From the NCBI GenBank assembly GCA_951406725.2, contig OX597821.1, forward strand, positions 115,196,001 through 115,260,000: a DNA stretch of 64,000 nt. Reading direction: 5' to 3'. This DNA comes from Octopus vulgaris. Its lineage: Eukaryota. This document shows positions 39,997-53,102 of the stretch, in pieces. The notes beneath the pieces are model-generated. The model searched no databases. It was not told where the DNA came from and worked only from the letters and a program-made list of their open reading frames with translations. Both the position numbers and the translations under genes were made by a program. Positions within the stretch are counted from its first letter, which is position 1; every line of letters begins with the position of its first letter.

Positions 39997-40216
39997 TATA
40001 TAAAATATGAATTAGAGATAAAACCACTATAATGCAACTCAAACAGTGATAGACATAAACCAATACATAAATAACAAATAATATATATAATTAATATTAT
40101 ATATAATATATATTTTTTTCATTTTCTTTTTCATTTAAAAAATTTTTTTTTCCCCTTTAATGTATTGGTTTATGCCTATCATTGTTTGGTTTTATCTCTA
40201 ATTCATATTTTATATA
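39997..40216. repeat. Inverted-repeat element abutting the Tc1 end, inside (TA)n
   Basis: tataaaatatgaattagagataaaacc..aaacagtgatagacataaaccaatacat versus atgtattggtttatgcctatcattgtttggttttatctctaattcatattttata. Confidence 0.8.
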
Positions 40217-40532
40217 TTTATACTGTGAAATTTGATTTAATACTAAATTGAATTTTTCCCTGTAAGTTTGGAGTTATACTCCCTAATATTATTTTATATA
40301 TATATATATATCACAAAATATACATATAATTCTCATTGTGACATTAAACATTGATTATTCACTGAAACCATTTCACGACTGGAAATTCTATCTAAACCTG
40401 TCCTATTTTCAGGCAAGTTTATTATTGTTTACACAAAGACATTGGAATTTGCTGTGTTTTTTTTCTCTACCTTTCTTTTTTTTTTTTTCTCATTCTCTTT
40501 TTGTTGCTAATCCCTTGGCGTCCTTTAACCAG

Positions 40533-40641
40533 CGAGAAAAAGTTAATGTGAATGACTTCCTAAATGTTCTGATGTCTGACCCAGGTCCCCAATGTCTCAT
40601 GTGGTTACCAATTCTTCATCGAATGAGTCAAGCAGAAAATG
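40533..40641 (+). CDS. dtn: Dystrobrevin exon: REKVNVNDFLNVLMSDPGPQCLMWLPILHRMSQAEN
   Basis: Acceptor ttaaccag and donor gtgagt at 40642; 109 nt, phase 0 to 1. Matches [35 protein letters not shown]. Confidence 0.96.
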
Positions 40642-41463
40642 GTGAGTAAATCAACACTTAATTTTTTTTTTTTTTTTACTCAAGAGTTAATTAACTACAG
40701 TATTAATTAATAGGATGTTAATTTACTGTGATGGTTAATCCATTATGGTGGTAACTGCAGACTTATACTTATTTAAAATACTTCAGTTATGCTAAAACCA
40801 TTATTATTTACTCAGTGTAAGTTGGTTTATAAAATAGTTATATCAAGTCAGTGTAAAAGAAAAACCAATTCTGTAATCTGCTGCCATTAGAGAAGAAAAG
40901 TTCAAAATAATTTGACTTGTCATAAAATATGTCTTCTGCAACAAACAGTAAGTAAAGTCTGGCTTTGTCAGTTTCCATCAATATTTTACTGAAACTAGCT
41001 ATTTCTCTTATTGAATCTGCATTACAACAACAACAACAACAGCTAGAAGACCACTTTAGAGTTTGAAGATCTATGGTGATGAATAAGAAAATTCAGATTT
41101 TATGATATATTTCAAACAAAATACCTTTTAGATATAACTCATAACCTTCATAATGCTGATGTTTATGGGGTGGGCTTTAGACCAAAATGATGAACATGAT
41201 GAAGATGGCACCTGCAGCAGCAGCAGCAGCGAGTTAAATACTGACCAAAAAGTTTAATATATCTTTTAAGGATGAAGAATATTAATCTGCTTCTGACAGT
41301 TTCTATCAATCTGCATTGATTACATCTTGCTGTGATTGATTCCTGTATATACCAGCCAGGGATAGTTTGTCTCTGTTTCTGGTGAACTTACAAAACATCT
41401 GTTATCGTTTCCATCTTTGTGATTTTATTTATCATCATTTTATAGAAAACAATATTTAATTTA

Positions 41464-41551
41464 TATTAATAGTTATCGCCAAGCTAATATGGTAGTCCAT
41501 AAATATAAGACTAAATATAAGACTTATTAGCTTGGCAATAACTATTAATAT
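41464..41551. repeat. Hairpin, ~27-bp arms
   Basis: atattaatagttatcgccaagctaata ... tattagcttggcaataactattaatat. Confidence 0.85.
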
Positions 41552-41764
41552 CCAGTACCGCTGCCATAGTCTCCTTTAGAGAGACTTAGAAATTTTAATA
41601 TTTCTAATATTTAATTTGTATTAAATCTGATGGATGTTTAGCTAACGATGACGGTCATTATATAGCATCCATCATATTTATTAAACATTCTTTTCTATAT
41701 ACCCAGCGCATTGTTTTCTATACATGCAGCTATACACCCAGTGCATTGTTTTCTATCCACCCAG

Positions 41765-41931
41765 CTGTACACCCAGTTCAGTGTGAGGGTTGCAACCGAG
41801 AATCATTTATGGGGTTTCGCTATAAATGTCAGCGATGCTATAACTACCAATTGTGTCAAGATTGTTTCTGGAGAGGTCGGACATCAGGAAATCATACAGA
41901 CTCTCATGAAATGAAGGAATATTTATCCTAC
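41765..41931 (+). CDS. dtn: Dystrobrevin ZZ zinc-finger exon: (A)VHPVQCEGCNRESFMGFRYKCQRCYNYQLCQDCFWRGRTSGNHTDSHEMKEYLSY
   Basis: Acceptor cacccag and donor gtaagt at 41932; 167 nt, phase 1 to 0. Carries the dystrobrevin ZZ motif CxxC...GFRYxCxxCxNYQLCQDCFWRG. Confidence 0.97.
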
Positions 41932-42553
41932 GTAAGTACTAACAGCTACTAACCCTGCCATCTGACTTCAATCCTTCTTATTTTCTGTTTATTTGAGACC
42001 AGTTTTTGCTGGACACATCTCAGCTTAACTTTCAAATTGATTTCAATTTTTCCTCTCCCCATCCTTTTTTTTAAATCTCTCACACTTTGTGACATTTATT
42101 CCTTCTACCCTGGAACATTATCCCCCTGGAATCTCCTTTCTGCTCATGACATTCCTGCAGGTATTTCAACAGGACACTAATGGCATCAATCTCACCTGTC
42201 TCCAAGATCCTGCAATGGCCATGGGTATCTGTTCTTCCTCTTGACTCAACAAGTAAAAAAAAATAAAACTTCCCCACCAAAAGACTCTTATGCTGCTGTA
42301 GACTTCTTAGTCTACTTATAATGCAAGTGTTAGCTAATACCTACTGATATAACTAGTAGCAGTAGTAGTAGTGGTAGTTGTTATTGCAATAACACCATCA
42401 CTAACAAATGTGGTAATTAAACCTTTCTGTTTTAATTAATTTTAAAAATAATGAAGAATTTAGTAAACTAACATTGTCATTATTTTTAGCTGGTGTTTGG
42501 AACATAAACTGATATGAAATTCTGGTTGAGAGTTTTAGTTTAGATCACTTTAA

Positions 42554-42977
42554 CCCTTTTGTTCCCATATTTGTTGAAATACATTGCCTTTGTTTAACCC
42601 TTTCATTACCATATTTATTTTGAGATGCTCTGTGTTACTTTCGATTAATTTGAAATATAAAGAATTTAGTAGAATAACTTTATTATTAAGCTAGTGTTAG
42701 GAACATAAATTGTAACTAAGGTTTGGTGGAAGGTTTAAATTCAGAACTTTTGAAAACAAGGCATTTGTACTACAGAGCCAGAGCTTGTTTCAGCTGGGTT
42801 GGTATCAAAAGGGTTAAGTTGATTTTGAAAATAATGAAGAATTCAGTAAAATATCTTCATCCATTATGAAACTGCTGTTTGGAACCTAAATTAACATGAA
42901 ATTCAGGTCACTTGAAAAGAGGAAGCATCATAAAAAGAGGGGCAAGAATAGTTTCGGGCAAGTTAGCATCTAAAGGG
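42554..42977 (+). mobile_element. Nested piggyBac-like MITEs (inner 42598-42813, flanked by TTAA)
   Basis: Inner element ttaa|ccctttcattacc...ggtatcaaaaggg|ttaa sits inside ttaa|cccttttg...taaaggg. Confidence 0.8.
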
Positions 42978-44658
42978 TTCATAACATCAATGATGGTTGT
43001 GTGTATGAATGATTTGTGAGATAGGACCAAAGCTTCAACCCATTCATAGAAGAGTTTGGGCCTTCGTAGTTGCTTGAATCAGTTCCACTCCCTGACCTTT
43101 TGTGTTCAGCCATGGAAACTAGCGAGGGCTGTCTCCAAGGAGGGCCATCTCCAGGGAGAGCATCCGATTGTAGAAAATATGCCTTTATGAATTCCCATGT
43201 CTGACTTATACCAACATAGCAAAGTGGGCTTAAAAAGTGAAAAAAATGGAAAGTGTGTATGTGTGATAAGATTTCTATGAGCCAACAAGGGAATCTGCAT
43301 GTAATCAATTGATCTGTCCATTAAAAAATTTTTTTTTATATATTTTCCAACCCATACCAACACGGAAAATGGACATTAGATGATGAGTGTCTCTAAGAAT
43401 ATTTTTTTCACTCAAGACAATTTCTGCCTCGTATATATTTCAATGTCTGATTGAATATGAACATCTTAACTACAAATGTACATACCTGTATTTCTGGTTG
43501 GGTATAAATAGAGGGAGACCTAGCTGCTATTTCTACCAGGTCAAGCAACCATATAACTGCTCCCTGGTTGGCACTGTTTTTTTTACTCTTTTACTTGTTT
43601 CAGTCGTTTGACCGTGGCCATGCTGGAGCACCACCTTTAGTCAAACAAATCGACCCCATGACTTATTCTTTGTAAGCCTAGTACTTATTCTATCGGTCTC
43701 TTTCGCTGAACTGCTAAGTTATGGGGACGTAAACACACCAGCATTCGTTGTCAAGCAATGTTGGGGACAAATACAGACACACAAACATACACACCCACAC
43801 ACACACACAACAGGCTTCTTTCAGTTTCCATCTACCAAATCCACCCACAAGGCTTTGGTCAGCCTGAGGCTATAGTGGAAGACACTTGCCCAAGGTGCCA
43901 CGCAGTGGGACTGAACCCAGAACCATGAGGTTGGTAAGCAAGCTACTTACCACACAGCCTATAAAGTATTGTGTAATGGGTCAGATAAAGCCTGGCTGTA
44001 ATAATACCTGTGTGATGGGGGTGGGTAACGTGGTGGTGGCGGTGGGTGCTTTGAGATAAATATTTTAACCTGCAGTTGGAAAATCAGTGTTTTCACTGTT
44101 GGCTGTCTGTTTACAATGTTTTCATTTGATTGGATATTGTGTGCTACGCATAGTGTTATCTTACCCCGTGCTCTTATCACTTTACATTTCTCTTATAACA
44201 AACAACCCAGTGTCTATATCATGACACAGTTTCTTTACTCGGATAATATCTCCCCTCAAAAAAAAAAAAAAAATCCTTCTTAGTATTCAGAAAGCTTTTC
44301 TGCCATGCATTACTGAATATGAGTGTGTGTCTGTGTGCCTATCACTAAATCTAGATAATTACTATCTTAGACATATTATATATTTTTAAACACATACATG
44401 CATGTGTATACTCACATATATAATATATATATATACACATATATAAATATATAGATTTATGTATTTGACTGTGCTCTTTTTCTTAATACATTTAGAAATC
44501 ATTTTCAGTTTTACTAGTCATGGACGACCAAAAATATCTAAACAAAATAACATCTTTGCATTTATTTTGAGAAATATAATGTTCAAAGCTAAGAATGTCA
44601 TTTAAATCCATTTAAAATCCATTTTCACATTTTGTCTCTTTATTTTTGACTCCGACAG

Positions 44659-44667
44659 GGAAGCACA
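44659..44667 (+). CDS. Candidate 9-nt in-frame dystrobrevin microexon (GGA AGC ACA, Gly-Ser-Thr)
   Basis: ttttgtctctttatttttgactccgacag|ggaagcaca|gtaagt; phase 0/0, which fits the intron between the ZZ exon and the KSPAK exon. Confidence 0.55.
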
Positions 44668-44884
44668 GTAAGTTACACCTTAGACTTTGTTTCTTGTTTT
44701 TGAACTTGTAAAATTAACTACAACATAGTAAATAGTAGTTACTAAACTCCTCTAGTCTTATAAATAGTAGCTCATAAGTAACAACATTCACAACTAATGC
44801 CTGTCTGACTTTTATTTTTCTTCGTATTTATGCATCTGAAATCTTCCATATAACATCTTGTGTCTATAATATTTCCAAAGTCAC

Positions 44885-45205
<321 letters not shown>

Positions 45206-45491
45206 AGTTTTTCTCTGTTAGTTGCATGTTCTTATGTTGGTATAAAAATGATTAGCTGGCTTTGTAGAATATATATATAGATCAACACAAATATATATAT
45301 ACATCTATATATATACTTTTGTAGAATGTGTATAGATCAATATAAACATATTTTTTGTAGAATGTGATAATGCAAATATTACATGCTTTGTATTCAAAAT
45401 AAATTCATATGACACTGTTCATTAATCACAACATTATTGAATTTACATTATTTACATTCAACAGATATTTGTCCTCATCTTGTTTGTTGTT

Positions 45492-45537
45492 AACACAATG
45501 TTTCGGCTGATATACCCTCCAGCCTTCTTCAGGTGTC
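45492..45537 (-). ncRNA. Minimal hammerhead motif (left arm)
   Basis: Minus strand: gacac CTGAAGA a ggctg-gagggtatat-cagcc GAAAC ATT gtgtt. Confidence 0.6.
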
Positions 45538-45688
45538 TTGGGGAAATTTCAAACCTGGGTTCTCATTCCTAAGGTACTTTTTGATGTTATTAAGGTATTT
45601 TTTGTTGTTATTTGCCCACTGGCATATGGCGTAGTGGTTAAGAGTGCAGGCTCCGAGTTCGATTCCAAGCAGTAGCCTGAACACTAAC

Positions 45689-45723
<35 letters not shown>

Positions 45724-45775
45724 CAACACTGAAAAATATCTTAGGAATGAGAACCCAGGTTCAAAATTTCTCCAA

Positions 45776-45821
45776 GACACCTGAAGAAGACTGGAGGGTA
45801 TATCAGCCGAAACATTGTGTT
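45776..45821 (+). ncRNA. Minimal hammerhead motif (right arm)
   Basis: gacac CTGAAGA a gactg-gagggtatat-cagcc GAAAC ATT gtgtt. Confidence 0.55.
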
Positions 45822-47601
45822 AACAATAAACAAGATGAGGACAAATATCCATCGAATGTAAATAATGTACATAATTCCTAATCTCTTAAATACAGAACTG
45901 TAGTATTGAATTGATTTCACGCATTATAAACTTTTTGCTTTTTCACTCTACCAACCTGTCTGAGATTGTTTCTGGTCCTAGGATACAAATTTGATGATTT
46001 AAAATAATTTAAATTAGAACTTCCTTTCAAAATTTTGTGTTACATTCCAAACACTCACCCAACTGTTTCAATGCCAACCCAACCGGGACTGACCCAGATT
46101 TTATGATGCAAGTGTTGAATTTAAAACTTTCTTCAAAAATTTCAAGTTCCCAATATCAGCTTAACTATTTTGGTTCCAAGCTGCCAGGCATATTTCCTAT
46201 TTTAAAGTGCTCTAAATCAAAATGTTCCTTCCTAATTTCTTGTTAATTTATGTCCTAAACAGCAGCCAAATCCTAAGACTACTACCCCTGGTTCTACAAA
46301 GCAAACACCCTGTTTCAATGTGATCCAAATTAAAACTGTTCTTCAAGATTTCATGTAGGTTTATGTTTCAGTCACCCGCTTAGTAATGGCAAAATTATTC
46401 TTGTTAAATTCTTCATTATTTTCAAAATTTATTGAGAGAAATACAGTATATTTCAAAAGAAATATAGTACCAAAAGAGTTTAGCCTATAATTACAGTTAT
46501 TTTTGTGAAAGCCATCTCCTCTGTTTCCAGTAATATCTGACAACATTAAATAGGACCATTTTAGTTTTGGGAACTTTCCATTTTCTCTACAGAACCACAA
46601 AGATCTGACTGAAACAATAAAATAACAAATGATGGATTATTGTTCTTGTTGAGTTCCAGGTCAACAATGGTTGGGTATACCTGTGAGGAATAATATTACA
46701 CTCATGAGCAATCTACCTTCAAGCATAGGTTATTCCCAGATAACCAATGCTACCAATTTTAGGGTCAGTCTACTGTTTGCTTTTCTCCATGACTACCAAC
46801 ATCATTTCCAAACCCAAGAAAGATCAATTTGAAAGCAGAGGCAGTGGAGGGGAGGTCCATATTGTCAAATCTCCATTTGGTTTAAATGTGCAACAAGTCA
46901 TAACTTAGAGTGCTGGAAGTTAAGGGCCAAAACACTGAGTCTTTGAAGGCCTTCTGCTGTTCAGCACTTTCGAGAGCTTTTTACTTTTGTAATTTATGAG
47001 AGATTTTACTGCTATTTCGAGCAGTTTGAATTACTATCTAAAGGCTCCCTTGTCTAAATGCATTGAAATGAAGGGTGGAAAGAACCCTTTGCCCCCTATC
47101 CCCAAATCAACCCCCATTTTCAGTGCTTTCATGTAAATCATAGGAAAAAAGATTAGCAAAATTGCAATATTACAAAAATTTAAAAATTCCAGAATAAAAT
47201 AAAAAGAAATATAAAAAGCTCTTAAATTGTAAAAACAGAAATAGGAAATAAGATTTTGTATCTAATCTGAAAAAACTACATATGTGATACTGTTGGTGGT
47301 GATGGTGATGATTATGATGATGATGACGACGACCGATGATGATGGAGATGATGACAATGATGATGATGGTGATGATGGCCAGGAAGTGATACAGTTGATT
47401 ACTTGAGGACTTCGCTTAGTTTTTGGTTCTTATCTTTCTTACTCTTATCGCCTTATCTTGTTTCGATTTGTGTGTGGGTGTGTATATGTGTGCATGTGTA
47501 TATGTGTGTATACGTATGTATATAAGTGTGTGCGCATATGTGTGTATACATATGTATATCAGTGTGTGTATATATGTGTACATATATGTATGTGTCTGTT
47601 A

Positions 47602-47653
<52 letters not shown>

Positions 47654-47917
47654 TATAAATGTATATATCTGTGTGTGTATGTATATGTATTATACATATA
47701 TATATATATATAGATAGATAGTTAGATATAGATATATATGCATATGTATATATCTGGTGAATCAGAAGCCTGGTGCAGCCATCTGGTTCGCCAGCTTTCA
47801 GTCATACGTCCAATCCATGCTAGCATGGAAAGCGGATGTTTAACGATGATGATGATATAACCGTATATATGTGTGTGTATACATGTAAATATATATATAT
47901 ATATATCAATGTGTACA

Positions 47918-47956
<39 letters not shown>

Positions 47957-49020
47957 ATGTGCATGTGTATATGTACATATGTTTATATGTGTATATATAT
48001 ATATGTGTGTGTGTGTATGCTTGTCTGTGCTGCAAGCTAAACTATATTACTTTATCAGACACATACTGGACCTAATACATGTATGGCACATTATATATAT
48101 ATACATATAGGAGCGCTCCGTCAGTTACGACAATGAGGGTCCCAGCTGATACGATCAATGGAACAGCCTGCTCATGAAATTAATCTGAAAGTGGCTGAGC
48201 ACTCCACAGATGCATGCATCCTGAACGTAGTTCTCAGAGAGATTCACCGTTACACAGAATGTGACAATGCTGGCCCCTTTGAATTACAGGTACCACTCAG
48301 TTTTGCCAGCTGAGTGGACTGGGGCAATGGGATATAAAGTGTCTCGCTCAAGGACACAACGCATGGCCAGGAATTGAACTCACAACCTTATGATCATCAG
48401 CCAAATGCCCCTAACCACTAAGTCACGTGCCTTCACTATATATATATGTATAATCTGATATATATATATATGTGTGTGTGTGTGTATATGAATTCATTTA
48501 TATGGCACGTAAAAAGCACCATCCGAACGTGGCCGTTGCCAGCGCCGCCTCGAATGGCCTCCATGCCGGTCGCATGTAAAAAGCACCCACTACACTCACT
48601 GAGTGGTTGGTGTTAGGAAGGGCATCCAGCTGTAGAAACACTGCCAGATCAGACTGGAGCCTGGTGCAGCCCCTGGCTTCCCAGACCCCGGTCGAACTGT
48701 CCAACCCATGCTAGCATGGAAAACGGACGTTAAACGATGATGATGATGATTTCATTTATGCTGAATTGTTTTTCAATTGTGTGTGTGTGTGTGTGTGTAT
48801 AGTATGCTAATGCATCCAGAATGTAATAAGATTAATATAAATATATTCACATGCACATGCACACACACCCACGCACACACACACACACACGCACACACAC
48901 ATACGCACACACACACATACACACACACACACACTGTATACATATGTAATGTCCAAACTAGCTATTATTTGGTTTTTAGTATGTGTACATTACGTATGCT
49001 GTAGTAGGTATATCATCATC

Positions 49021-49052
<32 letters not shown>

Positions 49053-51920
49053 CATCTATCCATCATCAGTGCTGGCATCGGTTGAATGGTTTGACAGGAA
49101 CTGGCAAACCAAAAGACTGCATTGTACTGCAGCGAGGTCTGCTTTGGCGTGGTTTCCACAGCCGCCTGCCCTTCCTAACATCGGTCACTTCACAGATTGA
49201 TGCTGAAGGGCTTTCTTCATGGCACAGCAGCTGCTAGGTGATTGGGTAATTGGCAGGACAAACACCCACCTCGCCTGAGGGGAGGAAGGGAATTGAGTGT
49301 GGGGAAGGACTTTGTGCCAGGTGAGATGAGAAGAGGGGAATGGGGTCAGAAATAGGGGTCTTGCCATAGAAGAGATCCATGGGTCCCTCAGTAGGAGAAA
49401 GAGAGAGAGCGATGGTGGTGAAGATAATTTGTTGGGACCTACCCTGAAGTTCCAGGGAGGAGGGTATAAATGAAATGGTGAAGAGGAGTGGATGGGATGA
49501 GTGGGAGGAGACTGGGAGATCGGGGGGAGGGGAAGGTAGTGAGTGATGAACACAGGTGGAAGGAGGGAATGTTAGGAAGATGTGTTGTTGGGGTGGGGAG
49601 AGATCTGGCAGGGACAGATTGTGCGCAGGGGTAAAGACATAAATAACAGTTTGTATATTAAATATGCAGTAGAAAGTGTAATTTTTAGGCTTTGTTGTCA
49701 AATGCTGGAGTCATGTGTGAGACTCTGAGTCAAACAGGTTTCCTTTCTCTTCCAGAAAAACCAACATATTTTTCATCTTGTATGCTTTACCTTACTGTGT
49801 CACTGTTGCTCACCTGGACAACACCTTTATCTCCTCTATTTCCAGTGATTATCATCATCATCATCGTTTAACATCCGCTTTCCATGCTAGCATAGATTAG
49901 ACAAATAACTGAGGGATGGCGAACCAGATGGCTGCACCAGGCTCCAATCTTGATTTGGCAGAGTTTCTACAGCTGGATGCCCTTCCTAATGCCAACCACT
50001 CCGAGAGTGTAGTGGATGCTTTTTACGTGCCACCGGCATGGGGGCCAATCAGGCGGTACTGGCAATGACCTCACTTGAATCTTTTTACACATGCCACCAG
50101 CTCAGGTGCCAGTAAGGCGACGTTGGTAACGATCATGCTCGAATGGTGCTCTTGGCACCCTACTAGCACGGGCACAAGTGCCAGTAAGGTGACGCTGGTT
50201 TTCTGAGATTATCAATACAAGATCATACATAATATACTGCATTATATTATATACATGTGCATGTATGGCAACAAGTCTTCTTCCCAACAACATGGTTCTG
50301 GGTTCAGTTCCAATGTGTGGAAGTTTGGGCGAATGTCTTCTACTATAGCCTCAGGCCAATCAAAGCTTTGGCAATGGATTTGGTAGATGGAAATTGAATG
50401 AATCCCACTATATGTGTGTATGTATCTTTGTCTGCCGCCACTGCTTGACAACTGATGTTGGTGTGTTTAAGTCCTCGTAACTTAGTGGTTTGGCAAAAGA
50501 GACTGATAGAATAATTCTCAGGTTTTTAAAAAATTAAGTACTGGGGTCGATTTATTTGACTAAAAATTCTTCGAAGTGATGCCCCAGCATGGCCACAGTC
50601 TAATGACTGAAACAAGCAAATAATAAAAGATTATAGGGTGAAGTGCCTCCCATAACTTCGAATCTCCATTCTTGATAAACATTTTAACAGCAAATGCATG
50701 GTTTGTGCTGGTTTAAAGCCATAATGGTCACTGGAAACGAAAATGGTAAACCTTTAGCAATATGAAGACACCATTCTTATCTGCCTAACTTCTCCAGTGC
50801 CACACCATTGACCATCAGAAATATGGGAGGTTTTTCTGCCTCGCATCCTGTGAGTGTTTGCGTGTGTTTCAAAAGTGCATCTTAGTCATTAGGGTGCTCA
50901 ACTCAATCATAAGGTTGTGAGTTCGATTCCTGGTGACCCACTGTGTCCTTGAGCAAGACACTTTATTTCACATTGCTCCAGTCCACTCAGCTGGCAAAAA
51001 TGAGTTGTACCTGTAATTTCAAAGGGGCCAATCTTGTCACATTCTGTGTCATGCTGAATCTCCCTGAGAACTATGCTAAGGGTATGCGTGTCTGTGGAGC
51101 GCTCAGTCGCTTGCATGTTAATTTCACCAACAGGCTGTTTGGTTGAGCGAATCAACAGGAACCCTTGTTGTCGTAACCAATGGAGCGTGTCGGTTTTCTT
51201 TGTTGTATGTTTAATATTATCTGTTACATAACTCTCTGTCTCTGTAACAGTGCAAGCAAACTAACAAACAAACAAAAAATTGGGTCATCATCACCACCAT
51301 CATCATCACCACCATCATCATCATCATCATCATCTAACATCCGTCTTCCATGTTAGCATGCAGTGATGGCTGTTTCGGCATGATTTCTATGGCCAGACGT
51401 CCTTCCTTCCTAACGCTTGAAATACTTGTGAATTGAAACCTAAAATGGACGATCCTTAACCCACCACCAACACCACCACCATCCCGTGACCACCCCTGTC
51501 CCATGACCACTACAACCCCCGAAAAAATGTAACTATCTGGAAATGAAACTCGTTAATGGTGACTCTTGTATTTTGTAGTTAGGGTCCCCTGAAATGTATA
51601 AAGACTGGTGTTTCTTTTCGAATAATGCCAGAATACGAAGACAAATGAGGAATTTAGGAAATATTTCAACAATTGATCAGCTGAAAGTGAGAAAACAGCA
51701 AAAAATAAATAAATAAATAAATAAAAAATAAAAATAAAACAAAAGAAATCAGAGTCAAAAATGGATTTAAATAAAGTGGTTTGTTGTAAGAAACTGAAAA
51801 TGGTGTTAGATGTCAATAAAACTACTACTACTACTACTAAATTACTTCTGCTACTGTTACTACTACTACTGCTGCTACTACTACTACTACTACTAAATTC
51901 TGCTACTGTTACTAGTGCTG

Positions 51921-51991
<71 letters not shown>

Positions 51992-52006
51992 ACTAAATTA
52001 CTTCTG

Positions 52007-52054
<48 letters not shown>

Positions 52055-52704
52055 AATTACTTCTGCTGCTGCTACTAGTGCTGCTGCTGCTGCTACAACT
52101 GTATCAGGTGTTTGGGTTTGAATAGTGATGTAAAACTATTACTGCAGACGCTTCTGATACAATCACATAAGTGATTCTATCAGAAGTCATATTATTTTCT
52201 TGTCCTGCAACCAATTTCAATTCACTTCAATTACATCACAAGAAAACCTTAAAAGAAAAAGAAAAACCTAACTTCCTGCTTTCTCGGCTCTTAAATTGCA
52301 TGTTTTTTGGGGGTTTGTTTTTAAGTGTTGGCATGGTTGTGTGATTAAGAAGTTTGCTTCCCAACTATGTGGTTTCAGTTTCAATCCCACTGCACAGCAC
52401 CTTGGGCAAGTGTCCTCTACGGTAACCCTGTGCCTCCCCAATCCTCATCACTGAAACTGGCAAATGAGAACTGAAACAATCCATTAGGTGTGTGTATGTA
52501 TGTGTGTGTCATCATCATCATCATCATCATCGTTTAACATCCACTTTCCATGCTGGCATGGGTTGGACGGTTTGACTGAGGACTGGCAAGACAGGAAGCT
52601 GCACCAGGCTCCAATTTGTTTGTGTATGTGTGAGTGTGCCATCATCATCATCATCATCATCACCATCATTGTTTAACATCCGTTTTCCATGCTAGCATGG
52701 GTTG

Positions 52705-52764
<60 letters not shown>

Positions 52765-52788
52765 GTGTGTGTGATTGTGAATAGAAGA

Positions 52789-53102
52789 ATATATTAATAA
52801 AAGGAATTCCAACCTTGTCTGATTTTCACGTTTTATTTACAATCTTATAATGATATATTATAAGATAATATATTATAATTGAATAAAAATTGTGAAGCAT
52901 GACTGTCACCACTACTACATGAACCTGAAGATTGCAGAATTTAATGCATGAAAGTACTAGTTCAATCAGAATGAACATTTAACATTCTACTATTTCATTT
53001 TATTTTATTCAATTATAATATATTATCTTATAATATATCATTATAAGATTGTAAATAAAACGTGAAAATCAGACAAGGTTGGAATTCCTTTTATTAATAT
53101 AT
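52789..53102. mobile_element. Palindromic element, ~100-bp apparently perfect arms, near/abutting (TA)n tracts
   Basis: 52789-52888 is the reverse complement of 53003-53102. Confidence 0.92.
52920..52964 (+). ncRNA. Minimal type-I hammerhead ribozyme, intact, in the loop of the palindrome
   Basis: tgaac CTGAAGA t tgca-gaatttaa-tgca t GAAA gtac TA gttca: perfect 5-bp stem I, palindromic stem III AGTACT, predicted cleavage after A52959. Confidence 0.8.

Larger units (their letters stand above)
45443..45870. mobile_element. Palindromic element, ~145-bp arms each carrying a hammerhead motif, with a tRNA-like head in the spacer
   Basis: Arms about 45443-45590 and 45722-45870; spacer ggcatatggcgtagtggttaagagtgcaggctccgagttcgattcc followed by (AAT)n. 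Confidence 0.85.

Noticed and set aside
45620-45680. tRNA gene
   Set aside because: A and B boxes are present but there is no complete cloverleaf; it is a SINE-type head.
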